Positions 1 to 10,168 of a DNA stretch of 50,456 bases are shown one piece after another. Below the pieces are notes generated by a model. It was not told where the DNA came from and searched no databases. It was given only the letters and a program-made list of their open reading frames with translations. The stretch covers positions 1 through 50,456 of the forward strand of contig ONTJ01000023.1 in assembly GCA_900320735.1 (NCBI GenBank), written 5' to 3'. The position numbers were made by a program, and so were the translations under genes. The stretch's first letter is position 1. Each line of letters opens with the position of its first letter. The DNA is from an uncultured Eubacteriales bacterium. Its GTDB lineage: Bacteria; Bacillota_I; Bacilli_A; RF39; UBA660.

Positions 1-34
1 AGAGTATTTAAAATAAATAGAAAAGAGGGAAATT

Positions 35-1405
35 ATGGAAGAGATAAATATATTAGATTTTCTAAATTATGTAAAAAAATATATAGTTATAATCATGATA
101 GTTTCATTAGTTTTGTTACTAGAAGCTATTGTTTATAACAAAACAGTAAAGACTCCAATGTATACTACATATACTACAGTTGTATTAACACAATCGAGTG
201 ATGCGTCTAATTCAACAATAACACAAAATGATATAACAATTAACCAAAAACTAGTATCTACTTATAGTGAAATCATAAAAAGTAAATTAGTATTAGAACA
301 AGTTATATCAGGCCTTAAATTAGAATATACATATACTGAACTTAAGAAAAATATATCAGTTGAGGCACTTGCAAATACTGAAATATTAAAGATATCAGTT
401 GAAGATGCAAATGCTGGTAAAGCGGCAAAAATTGCTAATAAAATAGCTACTGTATTTTCTAAGGAAGTTACTAAAATATATCAATTAAATAATATAAGTA
501 TACTTGATAAAGCACAAGTACCAAAGACAGTATCAAATAATACTCTTAAAAGAGATATGGCTATTTCTGTGTTTATTGGAATATTCTTATCAGTTGCAGT
601 CATATTTGTAATATATTATTTTGATGATTCAATCAAGTTAAGTGATAATTTAGAAGAAGAAGTAGGTCTTCCAATAGTAGCAAAAATATTTAAAAGTGAT
701 ATTAAAGATAAAACTAAAGGTAAGAAAGAAGAATTATTACTTGTTAAATATCCAAAATCACTTGTTAGTGAAAGTATAAAAACACTAAGAACTAATCTAC
801 AATTTTCATCAGTTGATAATGAAGTAAAGACAATATTAGTAACAAGTTCGATTCCAGGTGAAGGTAAGAGTTTTATAAGTTCTAATCTAGCAATTGCATT
901 TACTCAAACTGGTAAAAATGTATTAATTGTGGATTGTGATATGAGAAAGGGTAGACAACATAAAATATTTAAAGCATCTAATTCAAAGGGACTTTCTAAT
1001 TTACTTATTGATGATATTTCAAAATTTGATCGATATGTAAATCGAACAAATATAGAAAATCTAAGTTTGATTACAAGAGGTGCAGTACCACCAAACCCAA
1101 GTGAACTTCTAAACTCAAATAAAAATAAATTATTAATTAATTTATTAAAAGAAAAATACGATATAATAATATTCGATGGAGTTCCTTGTAATGGACTACC
1201 TGATTCAATAATTATGTCTAATTTAGTAGACCAAGTACTAATAGTATCTAGTGATAGCGTAACACCAAAATCAACATTTGAAAATACTAAGAAAACACTT
1301 GAAAAAGTTGATGCTCCTATTGCTGGTATAGTACTTAATAATATAGACAGAAAGAATAATAGCTATGGTAAATACTATAGTTATTATGAAGATATAAACA
1401 AATGA
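35..1405 (+). CDS. Fused polysaccharide co-polymerase / BY tyrosine kinase (CpsC+CpsD, Wzc-like)
   Basis: N-terminal Wzz/CpsC domain with two TM helices; Walker A SSIPGEGKS, A' VDCDMRK, B IIFD; C-terminal tyrosine cluster YGKYYSYY. Confidence 0.9.
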   Translation: MEEINILDFLNYVKKYIVIIMIVSLVLLLEAIVYNKTVKTPMYTTYTTVVLTQSSDASNSTITQNDITINQKLVSTYSEIIKSKLVLEQVISGLKLEYTYTELKKNISVEALANTEILKISVEDANAGKAAKIANKIATVFSKEVTKIYQLNNISILDKAQVPKTVSNNTLKRDMAISVFIGIFLSVAVIFVIYYFDDSIKLSDNLEEEVGLPIVAKIFKSDIKDKTKGKKEELLLVKYPKSLVSESIKTLRTNLQFSSVDNEVKTILVTSSIPGEGKSFISSNLAIAFTQTGKNVLIVDCDMRKGRQHKIFKASNSKGLSNLLIDDISKFDRYVNRTNIENLSLITRGAVPPNPSELLNSNKNKLLINLLKEKYDIIIFDGVPCNGLPDSIIMSNLVDQVLIVSSDSVTPKSTFENTKKTLEKVDAPIAGIVLNNIDRKNNSYGKYYSYYEDINK

Positions 1406-2109
1406 TAGATGTACATAATCATTTGTTATTTGGAATTGATGATGGTTCTAAAAGCTTGGAAGATAGTGTGCTGATAATAAGAAAATTAAGTGAAATTGGT
1501 ATAACTGATATTATACTTACACCTCACTTTATTACTGATTCATCATATGTCAGTTCGAGAGAAAATAATTTGATTCTAATGGAAAAATTAAAAAATGCAT
1601 TAGATGAAAATAATATTAATGTTAATTTATATTTAGGAAATGAAATTTACATAGATAGAGAAATAGAAAAATTAATATATGAAAAAAAGATAAGTAAATT
1701 AAATAATACAAATTATTTACTTATAGAACTTCCTATGAGCGGAGAGTGGGAAGGATACCAAGACGTATTCATGGACTTAATTAATGATGGATACAATGTA
1801 GTACTTGCACATCCAGAAAGATATAATTCATTTCAAGCAGATTTTGATAAAATATATGAATTAGAAGAAATAGGTGTACTATTTCAATGTAATATTGGCA
1901 GTGTAATAGGTAATTATGGTAGGACAGCAAAAAAAATTATAAAGAGAATGTTGAAGGAAGATTTAATTTATATGTTTGGAACAGATATACATCGTGATAA
2001 AGGTGATTATAATTTTTTAAGTGATGCCAAGAAAATAATAAGAAAATACACAAGTGATGAAAAGATGAATGATTTACTTGTAAATAATGCAAAAAAAATA
2101 ATACAATAA
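1402..2109 (+). CDS. cpsB: PHP-family phosphotyrosine phosphatase (CpsB/CapC/YwqE)
   Basis: MIDVHNH..DDGS, TPH, GNE, AHPERY and GTDIH motifs; ATGA overlap with the kinase gene. Confidence 0.92.
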   Translation: MIDVHNHLLFGIDDGSKSLEDSVLIIRKLSEIGITDIILTPHFITDSSYVSSRENNLILMEKLKNALDENNINVNLYLGNEIYIDREIEKLIYEKKISKLNNTNYLLIELPMSGEWEGYQDVFMDLINDGYNVVLAHPERYNSFQADFDKIYELEEIGVLFQCNIGSVIGNYGRTAKKIIKRMLKEDLIYMFGTDIHRDKGDYNFLSDAKKIIRKYTSDEKMNDLLVNNAKKIIQ

Positions 2110-2203
2110 GTATTATTTTTTTTATAAAATATATGGACTATTTTTAAAGAAAATGGTATTATATAAGTATAATTAGGATAGTAGACGATAAGGAGAATAG
2201 AAT

Positions 2204-2476
2204 ATGAAGGGTGAAAAATTTGAAATTAATATAGAAGGCTTAGGAAAGAAAGAAGCAACTTTAGTTACAATAATAAAATCAGAAGAAAAAAATACAGAAT
2301 ATGTATATTATTCGATTGATGAGGAAGATGGGAGTGCATCTATATATGCATCTAAGTTTGTTAATAAAGATGGAAAAGACATTATTAAAAATTTAGATGA
2401 TGAAGATGAAAGACAATATGCATATAATCTATTTTCTGAAACATATAAGAAATTAAAAGATAAAAAAGAAAATTAA
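2204..2476 (+). CDS. DUF1292-like small acidic protein
   Basis: EYVYYS..IYASK..DEDE pattern; RBS AAGGAG. Confidence 0.65.
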   Translation: MKGEKFEINIEGLGKKEATLVTIIKSEEKNTEYVYYSIDEEDGSASIYASKFVNKDGKDIIKNLDDEDERQYAYNLFSETYKKLKDKKEN

Positions 2477-2491
2477 ACAGGAGGTAATATT

Positions 2492-3571
2492 ATGAAAGTA
2501 AGTTCACTTGGAAAAGATGAAACACTATATTTACTAGAACTATATAAGAGTCTTCAACAAGTTGATGAAGAATTAGATTCGTACATAAGTAATACAGCGG
2601 CTCCTGAAGTTGATAATATTAAAAAAGCTATAGAAATAAAACAAAAGTCGGATGAAGAAGCTACCGAAATATTAAATTCTAATCATCAAATAAAAGACAC
2701 TAAAAAAATGATTAATTTACTTGAGGAATATTTAGATTCATCTGACAAGATAGAATCAAGTAATGCAAAATCAAGACAAATAATGTATGTTATTGAAGAA
2801 CTAATAGATAAGAAAAATGATATTGAAAACGAAATTAGAACTCTAGAAAATAGAGAAAAAATAGAAAAAACGTATGATGAAATAGAAATAATTGATTCTA
2901 GTAAGTGTAAAATAATTAATTGTGATATAAAATTTAAAGATAGTTTAACTGCAGAATATAATAAAAAAGAAAAACCAGTCCTTGTTAATAGAAAAAATGA
3001 TGTTACTGAAGAATTAATTAAATTCGTAGAAGAACATCTAAATGATAAAACTAAGGAAGAGGAAGAAAAATTAAAAATTGTTAATTTCAAAAAAGAATCA
3101 GATGATAAAAAAGAAGAAATCAATATTCAAAAAATAATTGATCTAGATAATAAAGTAGTTATAGAGGAACCTAAAAAAGAAATAGAAGAGCAAATTATAG
3201 AAGAATTACCTACACCTATGGAAGAGGTTGAAGTAGTTGAAGAAAACTATGTACCAATAACTGATATAATAGATCAAGATAATGTATCAAGTGACGAAGA
3301 AACTATAGTTTCAAATATAGATCCACTTGATAGACAATTTGAAGAATTAAATAAAGCTAAAGAAATTGTAAAAGATGAAGTGAAAGAAGAAAATATTAAA
3401 TATGTAGATGATGAAGTACATAATAAAAAAATTGCAAAAGTACCTCCACAAAAAAGAGATAGAGTATTTGCAGTATGGGAAGGATCATTTGAAATACCTA
3501 CAATAAAAAAAATAGAAAATAATAAAGGAATAATAAATTTAGATGCATTTATAAATGGTAAAGCTGCTTAG
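2492..3571 (+). CDS. Hypothetical acidic coiled-coil protein
   Basis: 359-aa ORF, RBS AGGAGG, Glu/Lys-rich, followed by a terminator. Confidence 0.75.
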   Translation: MKVSSLGKDETLYLLELYKSLQQVDEELDSYISNTAAPEVDNIKKAIEIKQKSDEEATEILNSNHQIKDTKKMINLLEEYLDSSDKIESSNAKSRQIMYVIEELIDKKNDIENEIRTLENREKIEKTYDEIEIIDSSKCKIINCDIKFKDSLTAEYNKKEKPVLVNRKNDVTEELIKFVEEHLNDKTKEEEEKLKIVNFKKESDDKKEEINIQKIIDLDNKVVIEEPKKEIEEQIIEELPTPMEEVEVVEENYVPITDIIDQDNVSSDEETIVSNIDPLDRQFEELNKAKEIVKDEVKEENIKYVDDEVHNKKIAKVPPQKRDRVFAVWEGSFEIPTIKKIENNKGIINLDAFINGKAA

Positions 3572-3581
3572 AGCAGTTTTT
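3561..3581 (+). terminator. Intrinsic terminator
   Basis: aagctgct-tag-agcagttt hairpin plus T tract. Confidence 0.6.
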
Positions 3582-3706
3582 CTTTATTTTATAACAAAAA
3601 AAGATATTTTTTTATAAAAAGTATTGATAAATATATAAAAAAATGGTATGCTTGATTTATAAGCATAGTATGCTTATTAATACGACAAGATACGGAGGTT
3701 TAAAAC

Positions 3707-3982
3707 ATGTCAAAAGCAGAATTAATCGAAGCTATTGCAGCTAAATCAGGTTTAACAAAAGCTGATTCATCTCGTGCACTTGACGCATTTATGAGTGCAG
3801 TTGCAGAAACATTAAAAAAAGGAGATAAAATAACTTTAACAGGTTTCGGAACATTTGGAACTTCAAAAAGAGAAGCTAGAAATGGTAGAAATCCAAGAAC
3901 TGGTGAAGTAGTTAAAATAGCTGCTAGAACAAGCGTTTCATTCAAAGCAGGTTCTAAATTAAAAGAAGCAGTTAATAAATAA
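3707..3982 (+). CDS. hup: DNA-binding protein HU
   Basis: GFGTF and ARNGRNPRTGE signatures; RBS GGAGG; promoter TTGATA-N17-TATGCT at 3624-3652. Confidence 0.97.
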   Translation: MSKAELIEAIAAKSGLTKADSSRALDAFMSAVAETLKKGDKITLTGFGTFGTSKREARNGRNPRTGEVVKIAARTSVSFKAGSKLKEAVNK

Positions 3983-3985
3983 TAG

Positions 3986-4013
3986 AAAACCATTCAACAT
4001 GAATGGTTTTTTT
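3986..4013 (+). terminator. Intrinsic terminator after hup
   Basis: aaaaccattca-aca-tgaatggtttt plus T tract. Confidence 0.8.
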
Positions 4014-4041
4014 GTGGTATAATTCTACTAGGAGAATGTTT

Positions 4042-5118
4042 ATGTATAATAGTGCGATTAAGATATTAAATTTATTAAATGAAAATGGGTATGAATCTTA
4101 TATTATTGGTGGCTATGTAAGGGATAAATTGCTTAATATTGAAAGTGATGATATTGATATAATAACAAATGCAAAACCAAGTGAATTATCTGATATATTT
4201 AATATAGAAATAGTAGATAATTATGGAAGCTGCAAACTTAAATATAACAATTATATTTATGATATAACTACTTTTAGAAAAGAATTTGATTATATTGATA
4301 ATAGGAGACCTTCTAATATAGAATATGTAAATACATTAAAGGAAGATTTAAATAGAAGAGATTTTACTATTAATACAATTTGTATTGATGCAAATGAGAA
4401 TTATGTAGATTTACTTGGTGGTATAGAAGATCTAAAAAATAAATTAATTAGGTGTGTAGGAGATGCAGATAAAAAAATAAAAGAAGATTCGCTTAGGATA
4501 CTAAGAGCTATCAGATTTTCATGTCTTTATGATTTATCAATTGATGGTGAATTAGCGCAAGCAATTTATAATAATAAAAGTCTTATTAACAATCTATCAT
4601 TTGATAGAATTAAGAGAGAATTAAATATTATTTTTATGAGCGGTAATCTTGGTAAATTCACTGATGTAATGAATGAATATGATTTATATGAAACACTTAA
4701 AATAAAACCTGTAAATGGCCTTAAAAAAGCTAATAATTATCTATCTATATGGGGTCAATTAGAATATTGTGATAATTATAATTTTTCCAATGAAGAAAAG
4801 AAATATATAAATGATTTTAAAGATATCATTAAACTTGGAATAGATAATTATACTATATATAAATATGATAGAGATATATTAGAAGAAGCAAAGATAATCC
4901 TAGATATTAATGTCGATATAGAAAAAATATATAATAACTTACCAATTAAATCAAGAAAAGATATAGATATAGAGTATGAAGACTTATGTAAATTATTTAA
5001 TGATAAATCAAATATAAATAAAATATATATGGAATTGGAAAAAGAAATATTGTATAATAGATTAAACAACACAAAAGCTAATATTATTTTATATTTAAAA
5101 GGTGATAATAATGAATAA
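4042..5118 (+). CDS. cca: Class II CCA-adding tRNA nucleotidyltransferase
   Basis: GGYVRD, DIDI, RRDFTIN and EDSLRILRAIRF; start moved to ATG 4042 behind AGGAG. Confidence 0.9.
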   Translation: MYNSAIKILNLLNENGYESYIIGGYVRDKLLNIESDDIDIITNAKPSELSDIFNIEIVDNYGSCKLKYNNYIYDITTFRKEFDYIDNRRPSNIEYVNTLKEDLNRRDFTINTICIDANENYVDLLGGIEDLKNKLIRCVGDADKKIKEDSLRILRAIRFSCLYDLSIDGELAQAIYNNKSLINNLSFDRIKRELNIIFMSGNLGKFTDVMNEYDLYETLKIKPVNGLKKANNYLSIWGQLEYCDNYNFSNEEKKYINDFKDIIKLGIDNYTIYKYDRDILEEAKIILDINVDIEKIYNNLPIKSRKDIDIEYEDLCKLFNDKSNINKIYMELEKEILYNRLNNTKANIILYLKGDNNE

Positions 5119-5743
5119 AAATTTAATTGATGAATTATTAAGGATTAATAATAATTTAATTATTCCAAGCTATTTGATTAAATATAATGATAAAATGAAT
5201 TTAGAATTAAATGAATTTATTATGCTTACATATTTTCTAAATAATAAAGAAAAATTAGTATTTAATCCTAAGAAGATATCAGATGACTTATTTATTGATC
5301 AAAATAATGTACTTGATATAATTAATAGTTTGTTTGAAAAAGGTTTAATTAATATTGAAATGAATAAGCAAAATGGAATAATAGAAGAATATATATCGCT
5401 TGATATGTTCTTTTCTAAAATTAATTTACTTTTGATTGAAAATGAAAAATTAGATAATTCATCTGATATATATTCAAAGATAGAAAAAGAATTTGGAAGA
5501 ACACTATCACCCGTAGAATATGAGACAATAAATAAATGGATAGAAGGGAATGTATCTATAGATTTAATTCAAAGTGCTCTTAGAGAGGCAATATTAAATG
5601 GAGTAAATAGTATTAGATATATTGATAAAATATTGTTTGAATGGAATAAAAAAGGATATAAATCATCAGATGATATTATATCCAAAAATAAAAAAGATGA
5701 AGAAATTGAACAGATATATGATTATGATTGGTTAAATGAATAA
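5111..5743 (+). CDS. dnaD: Primosomal protein DnaD
   Basis: EKEFGRTLSPVEYE..YIDKILFEW and terminal YDWLNE; start moved to ATG 5111; synteny with ponA/recU. Confidence 0.9.
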   Translation: MNKNLIDELLRINNNLIIPSYLIKYNDKMNLELNEFIMLTYFLNNKEKLVFNPKKISDDLFIDQNNVLDIINSLFEKGLINIEMNKQNGIIEEYISLDMFFSKINLLLIENEKLDNSSDIYSKIEKEFGRTLSPVEYETINKWIEGNVSIDLIQSALREAILNGVNSIRYIDKILFEWNKKGYKSSDDIISKNKKDEEIEQIYDYDWLNE

Positions 5744-5773
5744 GACATATCATTAAGATATGTCTTATTTTTT
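5741..5773. terminator. Terminator hairpin between convergent dnaD and ponA
   Basis: taagacatatc...gatatgtctta inverted repeat with T tract. Confidence 0.75.
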
Positions 5774-5774
5774 A

Positions 5775-8564
5775 TTAATTAACATTTACTGTTACTGTTC
5801 TTTTTGCAGTAATAGCTTGATTATTATATCTAGCAGTATAAGTTAATGTATATTTACCTGATTTTGTAAATTTAAACATTTCTTTTTGTTTTTTTGTTTC
5901 GTTAGTCTCATTACATACAACTGTTATATTAGATTGATTTGTAATATCTTTAGAATCTAAATAAATTTCAATTCCAGGATCTTGATAATTAAGACTATTT
6001 ATTGTATCATTTGAATTTCCGATCAATTTATATGTTAAATTTGTTTTTGGATCATCATTAACTTTTCTACCTTCTACATTAATTGATATACCGCTACTTT
6101 GTGTAACTTTCATATTACTATAACTAGTTTTTACTATATATGTAATATCATTATTCTGCCAAGTTGTACTAATATATGGTTTAGATACAAATCCAAGTGA
6201 TTTAGAAGTATTAGTACCTGAATCAACAGCAATTACTTCATAACCAAATTCACCATCATTAGCTTTTCTATTAGCAAGAGCCTCGTCAACTTTTTTGCCA
6301 TATAATCCGCTAAGTGATTTTCTTATTGCATCATCAGTTAAGTGACTTGGAATAGCAACAGCTTCCCATGATAATTCAACTTTATCACCACTTTCTTTAG
6401 CAGATAATCCGGTTGGATTAGGTAATGTTAAATATCTTGATGATACTTGAGTAGGTTGAGTTCCTCTTTTAAAGTATTCTGTAACTCTCATATCAGATGG
6501 AGTATTATCACTTGGAAGTAGAGAAGGTGATGTTTCTTTTTCTATTGTAACCTTAACAACACTATTTGGGACTGTAAAATATTTAGTACCACTAGTATCA
6601 GATATAGATGATATTACTTGTCTATATAATCTTCCACGTGCAGTGTAGTCTCCATTACCTAAATAGTAACCTCTTTCTTGTTCTGTATAACCATACCATA
6701 GAGATACAGCATATTCAGGGGTATATCCAGTAACCCACATGTCCATACAAGCTGATGAAGGATAACCATATTTTTTAATTGCTTCAGTTCCTAAAGATGA
6801 TGTTCCAGTCTTAGCTGCAAGTTTAACACCTCTTACAGTTCCATATATATTATTGGCACCTTCAACTGCATATATTAGTGCATCTGTTATCATATATGCT
6901 GTAGAATCAGACATAACTTTTGTTTTCTTATTTTTTAAACTAACTGTTTTACCAGTTTCAATATATTCAATTTTATTTACTGAATAAGGTTTAGTATAAT
7001 AACCACCATTAGCAAAAGCTGAATATGCACCAGCAAGTTCAACTGGATTAGAACCATTAAATGCACCAAGTGCATGAGCCTCATGTACAAATCCAGTACT
7101 ATCAATTTCAGGAGTTATACCAAGAGATGTAACAAATTTTTTAACATTTTCATTATTATTTGATTGGAATACCTTAAGCGCAGGTACATTTCTCGATTGA
7201 CCTAAAGCTTCTTTATAAGTCATAAGACCTTTATATGAATGATCAACATTATAAATAGAGTAGCCACTTGAATAAGTATGTGGACCATCTATGATTTGAG
7301 TTGCTAAACCAGCACCTTCATATTCGAATGCAGGACCATAATCAAATAGTGGCTTAGCACACGAACCTATGTGTCTTTTTATATCATTTGCATAGTTCAT
7401 AACTCTTTCACCATCTTGGTTTCTACCACCACCTGTAGCAACTAAAGCACCAGTATTAACATCTACTATAGCTATACCAGCTTGCACTTTATCATCTTTC
7501 CAATTCCATGTTTTTCCATCCATTATATCTTTTAAAACTTGTTGCTTTGCAGTATCTAAATTTGTATAAATTTTCATTCCAGTTGTATAAGGATTAAGAC
7601 CTGTTTTTTCTTCAATTTCATCAATTACAACATTTAAATATTGTTGATACATATTTTGTGAACCTTCAGGATTAGATTTTCTAAGTAAACTTTTAACAGG
7701 AATACTATTTGCATAATCTGCTTCTTCTTGAGATATATATCCATGTCTAACCATCAAGTATAATACTGTTTTTCTTCTAGCTTCTGCAGCCTCAGGATGT
7801 CTATATGGATCATATAGAGTAGGGGCTTGGAAAAGACCCGCAATTATAGAAGCTTCACTTAAATTGATATCTGAAACTGATTTACCAAAATAACTTTGGC
7901 AAGCTTGTTCTACACCATATGAATTATTTCCAAGGAATGGTATGTTAACATAAAATTCCATTATTTCTTCTTTTGAATATTTTTTTTCAAGTTTAAATAT
8001 AGAAATATATATATCAGTAAATTTTCTAACTATTCCATCAAAACCACTAGCTTCTGTTGAAGTATATCTGTTTTTTACAACTTGCATGTCTAGAGTAGAA
8101 CCACCACCAGCATTTCCACCTCTAGTAAGCTTATTAATTACTTGACCGGCAGATGCCTTTAAGAATCTTGGTAAGTCAAATCCATTGTGTTGCATGTATC
8201 TTGAATCTTCAGTAGCTATAATCGCATCAAGCAATACTTGAGGCAATTCATCATAATTTACATTTTTTCTTTTTTCAAGACCTAGTTTTGCAACTTGATT
8301 ACCATCTTTATCATATACTACAGATGATTCTGTACTATATAAATTTTCAGGATTAAATTTAGGGGCATGTGTAACAATGTATATTGCAAATATTATGCCA
8401 CCTATTAACATTAATAAAAATGTTATTAAAAATATATTAACTAATAATTTTATTATTTTTTTTCTTCTTATTTTACTTTTTCTTTTTGATTTATTACTCT
8501 TATTTTCGATTAGCTTAGTTTGCTTTCTTTCAATATTACTTTTTTTCTTAATTAACTTTTTCAT
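5775..8564 (-). CDS. ponA: Class A penicillin-binding protein PBP1A with C-terminal FN3 and Ig-like domains
   Basis: Transglycosylase motifs EDSRY..HNG and GGSTLDMQ; transpeptidase SCAK, SRN, KTG; downstream of recU; start moved to ATG 8564. Confidence 0.93.
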   Translation of the reverse strand: MKKLIKKKSNIERKQTKLIENKSNKSKRKSKIRRKKIIKLLVNIFLITFLLMLIGGIIFAIYIVTHAPKFNPENLYSTESSVVYDKDGNQVAKLGLEKRKNVNYDELPQVLLDAIIATEDSRYMQHNGFDLPRFLKASAGQVINKLTRGGNAGGGSTLDMQVVKNRYTSTEASGFDGIVRKFTDIYISIFKLEKKYSKEEIMEFYVNIPFLGNNSYGVEQACQSYFGKSVSDINLSEASIIAGLFQAPTLYDPYRHPEAAEARRKTVLYLMVRHGYISQEEADYANSIPVKSLLRKSNPEGSQNMYQQYLNVVIDEIEEKTGLNPYTTGMKIYTNLDTAKQQVLKDIMDGKTWNWKDDKVQAGIAIVDVNTGALVATGGGRNQDGERVMNYANDIKRHIGSCAKPLFDYGPAFEYEGAGLATQIIDGPHTYSSGYSIYNVDHSYKGLMTYKEALGQSRNVPALKVFQSNNNENVKKFVTSLGITPEIDSTGFVHEAHALGAFNGSNPVELAGAYSAFANGGYYTKPYSVNKIEYIETGKTVSLKNKKTKVMSDSTAYMITDALIYAVEGANNIYGTVRGVKLAAKTGTSSLGTEAIKKYGYPSSACMDMWVTGYTPEYAVSLWYGYTEQERGYYLGNGDYTARGRLYRQVISSISDTSGTKYFTVPNSVVKVTIEKETSPSLLPSDNTPSDMRVTEYFKRGTQPTQVSSRYLTLPNPTGLSAKESGDKVELSWEAVAIPSHLTDDAIRKSLSGLYGKKVDEALANRKANDGEFGYEVIAVDSGTNTSKSLGFVSKPYISTTWQNNDITYIVKTSYSNMKVTQSSGISINVEGRKVNDDPKTNLTYKLIGNSNDTINSLNYQDPGIEIYLDSKDITNQSNITVVCNETNETKKQKEMFKFTKSGKYTLTYTARYNNQAITAKRTVTVNVN

Positions 8565-9150
8565 TATTTGAACCACCTTTTTTATTATATTTATTTATAA
8601 TATTATCTAAAATTTCTATATATTCAATTCTAGGATAATAATTTTGTCTTAATAAATAACCATGAGTCTTTATATATTCATATGGTATTGACTTTCTTTC
8701 ATTGTTGTCTATAAATTCTTTTATATATCTTGTTTCGAGTAAATATACTTCATTCAAAACAACAAATGAAATTATTAAAAATGAAATTCCACCATGCCTT
8801 TCAACACTTATTAAGTGTCTTATTTGATGGGCATGAATATTACTTAGAGGAAATGATGTTTTTGATCTAGTTTCCTTAGCATCAAAATCAATATATTTTC
8901 CTTTATAAATTCCATTGTAATCAGTTGTAGATGGTATTTCATAATAAGCTTCTTTTATTTTTGTATTGATTCTATTATTATAATCTACTTTTACTACTTT
9001 TATGGGAGTAGGTTTCTTATAAATAATTGCAATATCATTTTCAAGATAATACTTATTAGTTATATTGATATCATCTTCTAAATTCATTCCTCTATTACTA
9101 TATATAATAGGTTTACTATTAGATACAACTTTTTTATTTGGGTAATTCAT
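8548..9150 (-). CDS. recU: Holliday junction resolvase RecU
   Basis: NRGMNLE, KKPTP, STTDYNG and DFDAKET. Confidence 0.96.
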   Translation of the reverse strand: MNYPNKKVVSNSKPIIYSNRGMNLEDDINITNKYYLENDIAIIYKKPTPIKVVKVDYNNRINTKIKEAYYEIPSTTDYNGIYKGKYIDFDAKETRSKTSFPLSNIHAHQIRHLISVERHGGISFLIISFVVLNEVYLLETRYIKEFIDNNERKSIPYEYIKTHGYLLRQNYYPRIEYIEILDNIINKYNKKGGSNNEKVN

Positions 9151-9313
9151 ATCATCACCTATTTAATTATACTATATATCTAAAAAAATTGGTAGTTAAA
9201 AAGCTAAAAAAAATGAATTAGATTGAAGGAAAAAGTCTTCTTATAACATTCTTTGTCGAGTTTAATGAAAATAATATTCAAGTATGTTAATTTACTATTG
9301 GAGGAAAAATAAA

Positions 9314-9403
9314 ATGAATAATTTATATCTTATTTATGTATTTACGAATATGATGGAAGATGTGGAAGATAGTAAACTTGATTTATTGTTAACCTTCCTG
9401 TAA
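9314..9403 (+). CDS. Putative 29-aa small protein MNNLYLIYVFTNMMEDVEDSKLDLLLTFL
   Basis: GGAGG RBS at 9300-9304; open frame filling the recU-gpsB gap; below ORF-track cutoff. Confidence 0.45.
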   Translation: MNNLYLIYVFTNMMEDVEDSKLDLLLTFL

Positions 9404-9423
9404 AGGTGGTAAATAGATGTAAA

Positions 9424-9452
9424 TTGACAAAAATAGTATTTTTTGTGATAAT
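9424..9452 (+). promoter_or_regulatory. SigA promoter for gpsB-rnpB
   Basis: TTGACA-N17-GATAAT. Confidence 0.7.
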
Positions 9453-9473
9453 TGTTGTGTAGAGGTGGAGAAA

Positions 9474-9800
9474 ATGTCAAAAGAAATTTTATTAAATCCA
9501 GAAATGATTTATAATTGGGAATTTAAAGTGGATGCTAGAGGATATAGACCTCAAGAAGTTGATAAAGTGCTTGATATGTGTAGTAGTGATTATCGAACTT
9601 ATGAGTCTATAGTAAAAGAACAAAAAGCACAAATAGAGGCGCTTAATAATGAAGTATTAATATTAAAACAAAAATTAAGAAACGCAAAAGCAAATATGGA
9701 TTTAGTAAAGAATAATAGTAGTAGACAAGTTACTAATATTGACCTCCTACGTAGAATATCCGAACTAGAAAAAATAGTTTATGGAGATAGAGAAGAATAA
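9474..9800 (+). CDS. gpsB: Cell division regulator GpsB (DivIVA domain)
   Basis: ARGYRPQEVDKVLD DivIVA domain; C-terminal TNIDLLRRISELEKIVYG; recU-gpsB-rnpB synteny; start moved to ATG 9474. Confidence 0.88.
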   Translation: MSKEILLNPEMIYNWEFKVDARGYRPQEVDKVLDMCSSDYRTYESIVKEQKAQIEALNNEVLILKQKLRNAKANMDLVKNNSSRQVTNIDLLRRISELEKIVYGDREE

Positions 9801-10149
9801 TTTTTTAGGTAAACGCTGCATGTATATGTAGAGGAAAGTCCATGCTCGCACTGTCCTGTAATGGCAGTAGTGTTTGTGTATAGGGAAAAAATAACCTATA
9901 GTAACGTAAGTTAACGACGAAATTTTATCCTAAGGTTAAGACTATGGATAAAATTCATAAAGTACCACAGTGACGAATTTTTTCGAAAGAAAAAAGTGAA
10001 ACGTTGGTAAACTCCGCAAGCGAGAAACCCAAATTTTGGTAGGGGAACCTTTAAAAGGGAATAATAACTGATTAAGGGATGATTTTTTATCATAGATAAA
10101 TGTTTACCACCTAGAAATAGGTACAGAACATGGCTTATTAAAAATTATT
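9796..10149 (+). ncRNA. rnpB: RNase P RNA, type B
   Basis: GAGGAAAGTCCATGCTCGC, ACAGTGACGAA, GGTAAACTCC, GAGAAACCCAAATTTTGGTAGGGGAA and ACAGAACATGGCTTA; P1 pairing of 9796-9808 with 10138-10149. Confidence 0.97.
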
Positions 10150-10168
10150 ATTTTTATAAAATTAAGGA

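Noticed and set aside
2492-3571. Identical 359-aa length of the two DUF1292-associated orphans
   Set aside because: No sequence similarity between them; treated as coincidence
3700-3993. 97-aa minus-strand ORF
   Set aside because: Shadow frame of hup
9911-10093. 60-aa minus-strand ORF
   Set aside because: Antisense to the RNase P RNA
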